From an uncultured bacterium (GTDB lineage: Bacteria > Patescibacteriota > Minisyncoccia > UBA6257 > 2-01-FULL-56-20), in assembly GCA_963844965.1 (NCBI GenBank), contig CAWJQC010000004.1, positions 41,609-105,608 on the forward strand: DNA of 64,000 bases, in the 5' to 3' direction. Positions 1-8,027 of the stretch are shown in pieces. The notes beneath the pieces were generated by a model. The model did no database searches, was not told where the DNA came from, and saw nothing but the letters and a program-made list of their open reading frames with translations. The translations under genes were made by a program, and so were the position numbers. Position 1 is the stretch's first letter; each line of letters begins with the position of its first letter.

Positions 1-644
1 TTTTCCAATCCGCCGACCATCAAAAGCTGTTTATACTGCTGCGGCGACTGCGGCAAAGCGTAAAACTGTCCTTTGAAAATGCGTGACGGCACAAGATAAT
101 CGCGTGCGCCTTCCGGCGTGGATTTTGACAGCACCGGCGTTTCTATTTCCAAAAATCCTTTCCCATCCAGAAAATCTCGTATTAACTTGATTATTCTGTG
201 CCGCGAAATCAAGTTTTTCTGCAAGCGCGCGCGCCGCAAATCCAAATATCTGTATTTCAGGCGGGTTTCCTCGTTGATCTCGTAACCGTCGGCGTCAACG
301 GAAATCGGCGTGGCTTCCGAGCGATTCAGGATTTCCAGTTCGGTCGCGCTGACTTCATAGTGACCGGTCGGCAACTTGTCGTTCACCATCGCCGGCGGCC
401 GCTTCTTGACCTCGCCTTTCACTCGCACGACATATTCCAGCCGCAGGTCGCCGGCGCCTGATAATGATGGCCCTCCGCCAGAGGCGGATCCGCCTTCGGC
501 GGAAAAAACGACCTGCGCTAAACCGCTCCGGTCGCGGAGGTCAATAAAAACCAATTTCCCGTGGTCGCGCCGCGCGTGAACCCAACCGCAAAGCTCAACT
601 TCTTTGCCTTCGTTTTTTATGATTTCTGATACAGATACCCGCAT
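1..644 (-). CDS. aspS: aspartyl-tRNA synthetase, N-terminal ~214 codons (rest lies left of the window)
   Basis: Reverse translation from the ATG at 644-642 gives [47 protein letters not shown]...YLDLRR...[46 protein letters not shown]. This is the OB-fold plus class II core of AspRS. It is absent from the ORF track because it runs off the window edge. Confidence 0.85.
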   Translation of the reverse strand, partial: MRVSVSEIIKNEGKEVELCGWVHARRDHGKLVFIDLRDRSGLAQVVFSAEGGSASGGGPSLSGAGDLRLEYVVRVKGEVKKRPPAMVNDKLPTGHYEVSATELEILNRSEATPISVDADGYEINEETRLKYRYLDLRRARLQKNLISRHRIIKLIRDFLDGKGFLEIETPVLSKSTPEGARDYLVPSRIFKGQFYALPQSPQQYKQLLMVGGLE

Positions 645-656
645 GGATTGGCGTCC

Positions 657-920
657 TTATTTAGCTCTTGCCTTATCAACCCTATCTATGGCGCTCTGAT
701 ACTGATCGCGTATCTTTTCAAGCTCCTTGCGCTGATCGATCAGTGCATTTGCTGTCGCCTGACCATGCCTGACGCCATATTTTACTTGTTCTTGAATCTG
801 CTTCTGAAGCTCCGCAATCTCTGCTAACTTCTTCGCAAGTTCTTCCTTGTAAATTTCGTACATTTCCTCGTCTTCTTGCGAAGCTTCGCCGCTATTTTGA
901 ATTATTTCTTTCCCGTCCAT
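657..920 (-). CDS. hypothetical coiled-coil protein
   Basis: ORF 657..968; the likely start is the internal MDGKEII. The sequence is charged and heptad-like (EELAKKLAEIAELQKQIQEQ). I recognise no family. Confidence 0.4.
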   Translation of the reverse strand: MDGKEIIQNSGEASQEDEEMYEIYKEELAKKLAEIAELQKQIQEQVKYGVRHGQATANALIDQRKELEKIRDQYQSAIDRVDKARAK

Positions 921-950
921 ATGAGTATGATATAATTTCACTATACACCA

Positions 951-1439
951 ATGCTGACTTTTGAACAAATGATCTTGCGACTCATCGTCGCCCTCGCCCT
1001 CGGAGCGCTCATTGGCCTTGAGCGCGAACTCATCGGCAAAGAAGCCGGAATACGCACGACGATGCTTGTTTCAAGCGGAGCGACAATCTTCTCAATCATC
1101 GCGATGACTCTCCCCTACCTTGTCGCGACGGACGCGTCGCAGTTGCCCGACATCCTCGCGCACAACGGCGGCTTCCTCACAATAATAGGAAACATCATCG
1201 TCGGCATCGGCTTTATCGGCGCAGGCATAATACTCAAGGAAGAAGGGCGCGTGCGCAGCCTGACCACCGCGGCGGATGTCTGGTTCGCCGCCGCCGTCGG
1301 CATTCTTGTCGGTATTGGCCTGCTCAGCTTCGCTGTCGCTTCCGCAATACTCGTTGCCGGCCTTCTCTACTTACTGCGAAAAGTTAGGCTCTCCGAATAC
1401 GTGCGGCCGGAAGATAAGGCCGAAAACGTGTCGGACTAA
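951..1439 (+). CDS. MgtC/SapB family membrane protein
   Basis: 162 aa. The N-terminus LIVALALGALIGLERE is the MgtC family signature, followed by 4-5 hydrophobic helices. Confidence 0.75.
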   Translation: MLTFEQMILRLIVALALGALIGLERELIGKEAGIRTTMLVSSGATIFSIIAMTLPYLVATDASQLPDILAHNGGFLTIIGNIIVGIGFIGAGIILKEEGRVRSLTTAADVWFAAAVGILVGIGLLSFAVASAILVAGLLYLLRKVRLSEYVRPEDKAENVSD

Positions 1440-1463
1440 AAAACTTGTACCTTCTACGCAAAC

Positions 1464-1495
1464 AAAAACGCCCCGTTCATCGGGGTATTTTTGTT
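1464..1495. terminator. bidirectional intrinsic terminator
   Basis: aaaaaCGCCCCGttcatCGGGGtattttt: a GC stem flanked by an A-run and a T-run, lying between the convergent mgtC-like gene and rnpB. Confidence 0.7.
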
Positions 1496-1903
1496 GCTGG
1501 CAATCCGTAAGCCGGATTCTGTCGCGCCTGCCTGTCGGCAGACGATGCGATCATTTATCTGGGCCCTTGATTGCTCGCGGGCTCAAGCGGCACTTCCACC
1601 TCATCGGCGGACACGGCCTTGCACCCAGTAAGGATTTAGCCGTTTCATCTCCACTTTTTTATCCCTATGGCGGAGCTGGACCGACTAGCTTGGGATTGGG
1701 TCCGTCCGACTTTTTCAAATCGGACCGTTTCTGCTCGCACCTCTATTCTTACGAACGACGGCTGTTAGCCGCTACTATTTTATCCCTCCCCAGTTTTGCC
1801 AGTAATGTCACTGGCAAAACTGGGGAGGGATGGTGTCCGGACTTTCCTCCCTACATTTTCTAGAATTTTAAGAAAATGTAGGGCGATCGCCTAGATTGCC
1901 AGC
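1496..1903 (-). ncRNA. rnpB: RNase P RNA (bacterial type)
   Basis: The minus strand carries GGGAGGAAAGTCCGGACACC (CR-I) near the 5' end and ACAGAATCCGGCTTACGGATTGCCAGC (CR-V/P4 region) at the 3' end. The 5' GCTGGCAATC pairs with the 3' GATTGCCAGC to form P1. Confidence 0.9.
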
Positions 1904-1996
1904 TAACTACAGTGTAACATTCTATCAAAAAAAATCAAGTCCGGAAGCAGTGTTCGCGACTAGCCGGTGATATTTTAATTCACGGCGGACATACCT

Positions 1997-3091
1997 TCAA
2001 CTTATATTGAAAAGCAACTTGAATATGATAAAACACAACGCCGCGAGAACCCCACTCGCGATAATATTAACAAAGCAGACAAATCCCGAATCTTTTACCA
2101 GCCGCCAGCAAACCGCTTTAAAGCGGGATGCCACATCCGCTTCAGCTGTTGAGGATGAGATAACCTGCGCCGTGGAAAGCGGGTAACCGAAAATTGTAAA
2201 AGTATAAATCACGAACGCCGATGCCATTTGCGGCGCGAAGGCGCGCGTCGGTTTAACTTTGCGTGAACGCACCCCCACTGCCTTAATCGCCCTCCAACCG
2301 CCGGCCATCACGCCCGCGGCGATGCCAAGCGAACACAACGCTATCACCCACCACGGAATAACCACCGAATCTCCCGCTCGTAAGACATTAATGCCGACTA
2401 TCACAAGTGTGAAAGCAATGACGCCCATCGCCTTTTGTGCTTCATTCGCGCCACAAGAGAACGTCTGTGCCGCCAAAGACACAGCTTGCATATTTTTAAA
2501 CGATCTATCGGCGCGGTGTCCAAATAGTCCCGAAAAACGGACCGCCACTTTAGCAAAAATACGCGCGACAGCAAACCCGACGAGAGGAGCGATAAGCATT
2601 ATAACTACGATCAAGAGCACTTTCAGCCAATGAATCGGCTGAAATCCCCAAGCGATTAAAAACGCACCGACAAGCCCGCCGATGAGCGCGTAAGATAAGG
2701 AAGACGGGACCCTAAGGCGCCTGGCCAAGAAGTTCCACACTATCGCCCCAAGCAGCGCGGCTATAATTACGAACGCGCCTACGCTCCTTTCTCCCAAAAA
2801 GCTCGGGTCAATAATTCTCTGGCTAATGGTTCTCGCTACCGCCGTTCCCAAAAGAAACGCGCCGGCAAAATTTCCCGCCGCCGCGAGCAAAAACGCCCGG
2901 GTCGGTGAAACAGAACCAGACATAATCACCGCAGCTGTTCGGTCAGACGAATCGCCAAAACCATTCATGAAGTCAAAAAACAAGCCGAGCGCTATAGCGA
3001 TCGCCGCGAGCAAGATTGCCAATCCGGTCACCGGTTCTATGACTTGCATCAATGTAAAAGTTAAATCGTTCGCGAATCGGCGCCCTAACAA
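1997..3091 (-). CDS. PiT-family inorganic phosphate transporter-like membrane protein
   Basis: 364 aa and polytopic. It has two PiT-like half motifs: FMNGFGDSSDRTAAVI (compare NGFHDTANAIAT) and SCGANEAQKAMGVI (compare HGSNDAQKxMGII). Confidence 0.65.
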   Translation of the reverse strand: MLGRRFANDLTFTLMQVIEPVTGLAILLAAIAIALGLFFDFMNGFGDSSDRTAAVIMSGSVSPTRAFLLAAAGNFAGAFLLGTAVARTISQRIIDPSFLGERSVGAFVIIAALLGAIVWNFLARRLRVPSSLSYALIGGLVGAFLIAWGFQPIHWLKVLLIVVIMLIAPLVGFAVARIFAKVAVRFSGLFGHRADRSFKNMQAVSLAAQTFSCGANEAQKAMGVIAFTLVIVGINVLRAGDSVVIPWWVIALCSLGIAAGVMAGGWRAIKAVGVRSRKVKPTRAFAPQMASAFVIYTFTIFGYPLSTAQVISSSTAEADVASRFKAVCWRLVKDSGFVCFVNIIASGVLAALCFIIFKLLFNIS

Positions 3092-3162
3092 GTTAGTGGG
3101 CTCTAGAGTGCTTTGTTTATATTCAGTTAGCCCGCGAACTCGTCAACTGAACAATTTTTCAA

Positions 3163-3595
3163 CTATAACCCATTCTTGTTCAAAACCTCATTCACGACTC
3201 TATCCGCTTTTCTGTTCTCCTCGCGCGGCACGTGGCGGAATTCCACCATTTTAAAGTCAAATTTCAAATTCCATACACCGACGAACAGTGGCTGCAGGTT
3301 TTCTTCCATGATCTTATACTTGCCGTTCAGTTGTTTCACCACGAGTTCGGAATCCATCCTTATTTCAACATCCGACTCCTTCGCTTTCGCTTTGCCAATG
3401 AGCTGTTTTATTTTTTTAAGCGCGAAAATGACCGCTTCGTATTCGGCCTGATTGTTGGTCTTCTCGCCTAGATATTCGCCATATTCTTTATTATCAATCA
3501 CAACCCCGATAGCGGCCGGACCTGGATTTCCCCTGGAACCGCCGTCGGTATAAACGACGTATCTTTGATTCTTTGAATAATTGACCCTTCTTCAT
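3163..3595 (-). CDS. rnhA: ribonuclease HI, interrupted by one frameshift near 3560-3590
   Basis: The ORF gives VVYTDGGSRGNPGPAAIGVVIDNKEYGEYLGEKTNNQAEYEAVIFAL...RHVPREENRKAD, the RNase H catalytic motifs. The in-frame upstream stretch has no start codon. An ATG at 3595 overlaps the upstream gene's stop as ATGA but sits in another frame. Confidence 0.7.
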
Positions 3596-4545
3596 TTTAG
3601 CCTTTCAACAACTTCCATAGCGACCCTTCCAGCGTCTTCCTTACTTTTGAAGAAAGCACCCGCGGCGCCCTTGTGGCCGCCGCCGCCGTATTTTGCCATA
3701 AGTTCACCAGCATGAATTTTTGCCTCGCGCATTCGCCAGGGATTCGCTGAAAGCCCTACCTCAAAAAGGTTGTCGCTCCTTTGCAGGCGGACGGCATAGA
3801 TGGTCTTCGGATAAAGATAGTATGGCGCGAACCGCAGCTTGCCGCTACCTGCCAATGTCAGGTCTATAAATGTCGCCTTGCCGCGAACTTTTATGTTCTT
3901 CCGGTAAAATCTCAATCCCAATCTTATCTTTTTGCGCGCACCGGCTGCGCATTCCTGAACGCGCGGGTCTTTAGCTATTTCCCTGAGCGACTTCCGGGAA
4001 AGAAGGTCTATGAGCGGCCGGCGCGTGCTGTTATCATTGGCGTTCTTTTCAATGAAGGCGTCAATGCGGAGTGCCGGCTCCTTTACTTCAAGCGTCTGCT
4101 TGGCGGATCCATAACCCGCTCCGTCAATAATGTCCAGCCATTTCGTCAACTCCTTGAAGTGCTTGGGTGGTTTCCAGTCGAAACCGACGCGCAGTGACGC
4201 CTCGGTAAAATGGCACGCCGACTTATACGACGGATCGTAACGGCGGAACTTGGATGGTCTGAACTTTTTCCGCCAGCTTTCTTTCTGAAAAGCGGTCGGA
4301 TGGTGGTCAAACCAAAAAAAAGCCCCTGGGTGGTATTGGAAATCCAAAACGATGGCCGGATTGCGCCTGCCGCGGAAGAGTTTGTGCTTCAAAAAGAATT
4401 TTTCGTCCCGCCACTGCGGTAAAATATCAAAACCGAGAGGAACATAACGCTCAATATCGTCGCCGCGGTCGCGCAAAAATGCAAGCATCACCGCCGCTGA
4501 CGCCCATCCGTCAAAATCGTTGTGAAAATAGACGTCGTAAGTCAT
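3592..4545 (-). CDS. DHH-family phosphoesterase (DHH/DHHA1)
   Basis: 317 aa. It has an N-terminal HNDFDGWAS motif (DHH motif I-like) and a C-terminal GGGGHKGAAG (DHHA1 GGGH motif). Confidence 0.6.
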   Translation of the reverse strand: MTYDVYFHNDFDGWASAAVMLAFLRDRGDDIERYVPLGFDILPQWRDEKFFLKHKLFRGRRNPAIVLDFQYHPGAFFWFDHHPTAFQKESWRKKFRPSKFRRYDPSYKSACHFTEASLRVGFDWKPPKHFKELTKWLDIIDGAGYGSAKQTLEVKEPALRIDAFIEKNANDNSTRRPLIDLLSRKSLREIAKDPRVQECAAGARKKIRLGLRFYRKNIKVRGKATFIDLTLAGSGKLRFAPYYLYPKTIYAVRLQRSDNLFEVGLSANPWRMREAKIHAGELMAKYGGGGHKGAAGAFFKSKEDAGRVAMEVVERLK

Positions 4546-4769
4546 TCTCTATTATGATAACGCCTGCCGCCCCTCCTCGCCAACTATCTGAAGTCATCGG
4601 CGAAAAATTCATAACCGCAGATTAGCACGGGCGTGGAAAGAAAATACCAGAATACCACGTCGTCTATGGGAAAAATATGGCCGAAAACAAGAATTGGAAA
4701 GATATATTTTCCGGGTGACCAGGACCCCGTAATTTAGACACAAAGGTCGAAACAAACTACCATTGTGTC

Positions 4770-5033
4770 ATGAGCAACAAAAAAGGGCATCGGATTGCAA
4801 AGGAAGTGAAGGCGGACATCCTCCGCCGCGTGAAGGAAGAAGGCGTTTCGGTGGCCCAAGCCGCGAAGGACCACGGCTTGCACGAGTCCACCATCTATAA
4901 CTGGCTCGGAGCCGGAGCGGCAGGCGCTCCCTCGTGGAGCGAGTTCTCCCGCCTGCAGAAGCAGAACCGCGAGCTCTTTGAGGTGGTGGGCGAGCTCACC
5001 GTGAAGCTCTCTCAGGCCCAAAAAAAGAGTTGA
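4770..5033 (+). CDS. IS3-family transposase OrfA (HTH)
   Basis: MSNKKGHRIAKEVKADILRRVKEEGVSVAQAAKDHGLHESTIYNWL is a helix-turn-helix of IS3/IS911 OrfA type, followed by a leucine-zipper-like tail. Confidence 0.85.
   Translation: MSNKKGHRIAKEVKADILRRVKEEGVSVAQAAKDHGLHESTIYNWLGAGAAGAPSWSEFSRLQKQNRELFEVVGELTVKLSQAQKKS
5020..5027 (+). promoter_or_regulatory. programmed -1 ribosomal frameshift site (A7G) giving OrfAB
   Basis: The run AAAAAAAG sits just before the orfA stop. Slipping by -1 reads ...QKKELTEKRDKS, continuous with OrfB. This is the canonical IS3-family arrangement. Confidence 0.75.
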
Positions 5034-5812
5034 CGGAGAAACGGGACAAGTCGGCCCTGGCCAGGGCCATGGGCGTCTCACGGGCATCGCTCTACTACGT
5101 TCCGAAACAGTACGCGAAGGATTGGGCATTCAAGATCCTGATCGAGGAAGAGCTGCGGCGCCATTCCTCGTACGGCTCGCGGCGCCTGGCGCAAGCCCTC
5201 CACGCGAACCGCAAACGGACCAGGCGTGTGATGAAGCTCTTTGGCATCAAGCCATACCGGAGGCGGGGCAAGAAATATCGTAAATCAAAGGCATCGCGGG
5301 CCTTTCCGAACCTCTTACTTGCCATCATGCCCTCGTACGCGAACCACGTCTGGGCAACCGATTTCACGGAGTTCCTGTATCGCGGCAAGAAAGTGTACGT
5401 GTCCACGATACTCGATCTTTTCACGAGACGATTGATGGGCGTCCATGTGGCGTTGCGGAAAGGATCGCCCCTCACGATACAGACCCTGGCCAACGCGCTT
5501 TTCCACCATCCGCATCCGGTCATCTTCCATTCGGACAACGGCAGCGAGTACAAGGCACGAGCGTTCACCGATACACTGGGGGACTGTGGCATCACGATCT
5601 CGCGGTCGCGGCCCGGTGCCCCATGGGAAAACGGCTACCAGGAATCGTTCTATGACAAGTTCAAGATTGACCTCGGTGATCCCAACCGGTTCGGGACCTT
5701 CGGCGAGCTCGTGGCGGAGATCTACAGCACCTTGTGGCAGTACAACCACACGCGGATCCACTCCGCCCTCAAGATGCCGCCGTCCGTGTTTGCCGAGAAG
5801 ATTGCGGCTTAA
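5030..5812 (+). CDS. IS3-family transposase OrfB (DDE/rve integrase core)
   Basis: WATDFTEF, HSDNGSEYKA and PWENGYQESFY are rve-domain DDE motifs. It lies in the -1 frame relative to orfA. Confidence 0.9.
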   Translation: MTEKRDKSALARAMGVSRASLYYVPKQYAKDWAFKILIEEELRRHSSYGSRRLAQALHANRKRTRRVMKLFGIKPYRRRGKKYRKSKASRAFPNLLLAIMPSYANHVWATDFTEFLYRGKKVYVSTILDLFTRRLMGVHVALRKGSPLTIQTLANALFHHPHPVIFHSDNGSEYKARAFTDTLGDCGITISRSRPGAPWENGYQESFYDKFKIDLGDPNRFGTFGELVAEIYSTLWQYNHTRIHSALKMPPSVFAEKIAA

Positions 5813-5864
5813 CGAAAAAAAACGGCAAAAAGCCGTCGAATCACTGTCTAAAGAAACCTATCCT

Positions 5865-6098
5865 TTACAGGTGTTTATAGCTGCCATCTTCTGGTGCCCA
5901 AGACTCAAACAATTTCTTTAAGTCCTCTATGATTCCCACCTCCCACTCCATAATAACAAGCGCTGCAGTCGTTCCAAAAACGAATATGTGCGCGATTCCG
6001 TCCGAGAGGCCGGATTGCTTGACCACCGCAGCAACCCGATCGGTGATGTTTATAAAATCGTAGTGACCTTTTGTTTTGACGGAAAGGATCATCGCCAT
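5865..6098 (-). pseudogene. YjbQ/UPF0047-family gene truncated at the IS3 right end
   Basis: MAMILSVKTKGHYDFINITDRVAAVVKQSGLSDGIAHIFVFGTTAALVIMEWE...APEDGSYKH matches the first ~76 residues of a ~135 aa family. The stop codon is supplied by the IS terminus (cac cTG TAA). Confidence 0.6.
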
Positions 6099-6266
6099 AT
6101 TATCTCGAAAGTTGCGGGTGGGGTGCAAACGATTCTACCGCAAACTGGTTTTTTTTGCGGTTTTGACATGTCCATGTTTCCCAACTCTATCACTTTAATT
6201 CTATCAGAACAGAGAAAATTATATGCATCTCGGTCTGTCCGATACTAAAACTAGGTGCGGGGAGTA

Positions 6267-6285
6267 GTGGACGACGTTAGAACCT
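6267..6285. repeat. direct repeat, left copy (GTGGACGACGTTAGAACCT)
   Basis: It recurs as GTGGACGGTGTTAGAA...GTTAGAACCT at 7470..7510. The two copies bracket the AT-rich oxidoreductase gene. Confidence 0.5.
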
Positions 6286-6442
6286 GTTTGATGGAAAATG
6301 CCAGCAAATTCAGTATCCCGAGTCTTGTGAGTTAGGTTCCCCCACCCTATCACCCACCATATCTACTCCGGTGGTTGGACGACATAAGGGCCTGTAAAAA
6401 AACCGAACATTCTTATCGCGATCAGCTTTGAGAAATTAACTT

Positions 6443-7498
6443 CTAGTTCCCCATCTTCGGCCCGCTTACGTCGCCATTGTTATTATATCCAGACTTTTCC
6501 CACGTGCCTTTGTAATTAATATCATCGGACAACTCAATTTTGGTTATCCATTTTATCCATTTGTATCCCCATTTTTGTTCCGCAACAAGCTGAAACGGGA
6601 AGCCTTTTTCTGCCGGAATGACAACGTTATTCATTTTATAGGCCAAGAGAATATTATTATTTTCAATATAATCCAGGGGCAGTGAGGTGGTATAACCATC
6701 GCTCGCATAAAATATGACAACTTTTGCTTGTGCTTTAATACCGGCCGATTCCAAAAGGTCTTTGACCAAGACCCCTTCCCATAAAATTTTTGCAGTCCAG
6801 CCCTCGACACAATCAAGCTCCACAACCTTAGAATATTTCTGAAAATTTAGAACTTGATCGTAGGTATAACTTTTTGGAGTCTGGACCAAGCCAGAGATTT
6901 CCAATGAGTAATTATCAATGTCTATATATTGAGTTCCTTTAATCGCGTTATCCTGAATATCGGCAATTGATGATAATTTTTCTCCCTGGTACTCCTTAAC
7001 CTGACTATCTGTTAATTGTTTTGTTGCGTAATCAGACGATAATTTAATTCTGATAAAAGAAATGCTTGCGATTCCGGCCAGCACCAAAAAAATTATTAAA
7101 AACCAAATTTTGGTTCTCAAACCTAAAAATTTATTTTCAGGAGTTGCGTTGAGTGTTTTTTCGGAAACTTTAATTCGGCCCAAGACGATATTCATCAATG
7201 CCAAAACTACTATAATAATACCCGACCAATCATGTGCAAAATTTATCCAAAATAACGGCAAAGGCGCATAGCCAATTACATGATACAATTCCAAAAACTT
7301 AAAAACGCCCGTAATAACCAGTATTGGAACAAAAAATATCAAAACCAGTCGAACAATTTTTCTTAATGCAATCACGCTTTTATTATATCGTTTCCATCCG
7401 AAGTCAACAAAAGCGAAGAGCGTCAAAAAACCACCCCGTGTGCGGAGCGGCGGAAATTTACTCCAACGGGTGGACGGTGTTAGAATATAAATCGCCAA
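6443..7498 (-). CDS. membrane-anchored molybdopterin-dependent oxidoreductase (sulfite oxidase / MsrP-YedY-like domain)
   Basis: The C-terminal half reads LDCVEGWTAKILWEGVLVKDLL...FYASDGYTTSLPLDY...LLAYKMNN..IPAEKGFPFQLVAEQKWGYKWIKWITKIEL, typical of the Mo-cofactor oxidoreductase fold. The N-terminus is hydrophobic. The true start is uncertain. The gene is visibly AT-rich. Confidence 0.65.
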   Translation of the reverse strand: MAIYILTPSTRWSKFPPLRTRGGFLTLFAFVDFGWKRYNKSVIALRKIVRLVLIFFVPILVITGVFKFLELYHVIGYAPLPLFWINFAHDWSGIIIVVLALMNIVLGRIKVSEKTLNATPENKFLGLRTKIWFLIIFLVLAGIASISFIRIKLSSDYATKQLTDSQVKEYQGEKLSSIADIQDNAIKGTQYIDIDNYSLEISGLVQTPKSYTYDQVLNFQKYSKVVELDCVEGWTAKILWEGVLVKDLLESAGIKAQAKVVIFYASDGYTTSLPLDYIENNNILLAYKMNNVVIPAEKGFPFQLVAEQKWGYKWIKWITKIELSDDINYKGTWEKSGYNNNGDVSGPKMGN

Positions 7499-7510
7499 AA
7501 GTTAGAACCT
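7470..7510. repeat. direct repeat, right copy (split form)
   Basis: GTGGACGGTGTTAGAAtataaatcgccaaaaGTTAGAACCT; compare 6267..6285. Confidence 0.5.
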
Positions 7511-7555
7511 CAAATTGCTTACCGGATAAGCGTTAACCGAGAAAAATTATCGTAG

Positions 7556-7626
7556 CGGGGGCAGTAGGAATCGAACCCACGTTAGCGGTTTTGGAGACCG
7601 CTGTCCTGCCACTGAACGATGCCCCC
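7556..7626 (-). tRNA. tRNA-Trp (anticodon CCA)
   Basis: The minus strand reads GGGGGCATCGTTCAGTGGCAGGACAGCGGTCTCCAAAACCGCTAACGTGGGTTCGATTCCTACTGCCCCCG, a cloverleaf with anticodon loop CTCCAAA. No CCA is encoded. Confidence 0.9.
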
Positions 7627-7724
7627 TTGCGCTCCGACCATGGTCGGAGCGCAATTTTCAAATCACAATTTCCAATTTTCAAACCATTACTGAATTACCA
7701 CTAATTACAACTGAATTACATCTA

Positions 7725-7907
7725 TTACTTCCCTCCTATCTTAACCTCCTTGTGTGCCGTATGTTTTCGGCACCACTTGCAGAATTTTTTATATTCCAGT
7801 TTCCGCTCAACTTTCTTCTTGTTCTTGGTCGTATAATAATTCCGCCGTTTGCAGACGGAACAACGCAGGGCTATTAAATTCTCGGAATGCTTGGATTTAG
7901 CTGCCAT
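7725..7907 (-). CDS. rpmG: 50S ribosomal protein L33
   Basis: MAAKSKHSENLIALRCSVCKRRNYYTTKNKKKVERKLEYKKFCKWCRKHTAHKEVKI is the L33 zinc-ribbon pattern. The longer ORF-track start is unlikely. Confidence 0.85.
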   Translation of the reverse strand: MAAKSKHSENLIALRCSVCKRRNYYTTKNKKKVERKLEYKKFCKWCRKHTAHKEVKIGGK

Positions 7908-8027
7908 GGAATCAGAAAGTAGAAGGTAGAAAATAGAATTTAGAACATAGAACTGAGGGCGCGGAGAGAACAATCCTCAAAATTCCACACAGGAAATCTT
8001 AGCAGAAAACCGGTTTTCGCGCAAATC

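Larger units (their letters stand above)
4716..5869 (+). mobile_element. IS3-family insertion sequence (~1.15 kb)
   Basis: Two overlapping ORFs (HTH orfA, DDE orfB). The termini are TG...CA. The imperfect inverted repeats TGACCAGGACCCCGTAATTTAGACA and TGTAAAGGATAGGTTTCTTTAGACA (reverse complement of the right end) match at about 15 of 25 positions. Flanks are GGG and GGT. The element is visibly more GC-rich than its surroundings. Confidence 0.8.

Noticed and set aside
4546-4715. A possible C-terminal remnant of the yjbQ-like gene on the far side of the IS3 element.
   Set aside because: Two frames are open, but neither translation (YKHRKIYLSNSCFRPYFSHRRRGILVFSFHARANLRL or ..GHIFPIDDVVFWYFLSTPVLICGYEFF..) aligns convincingly by eye to the YjbQ C-terminal consensus (..AH.k..l.G.s..iP...G.L.LGTWQ.I.l.E.d). 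It is left as a check rather than a feature.
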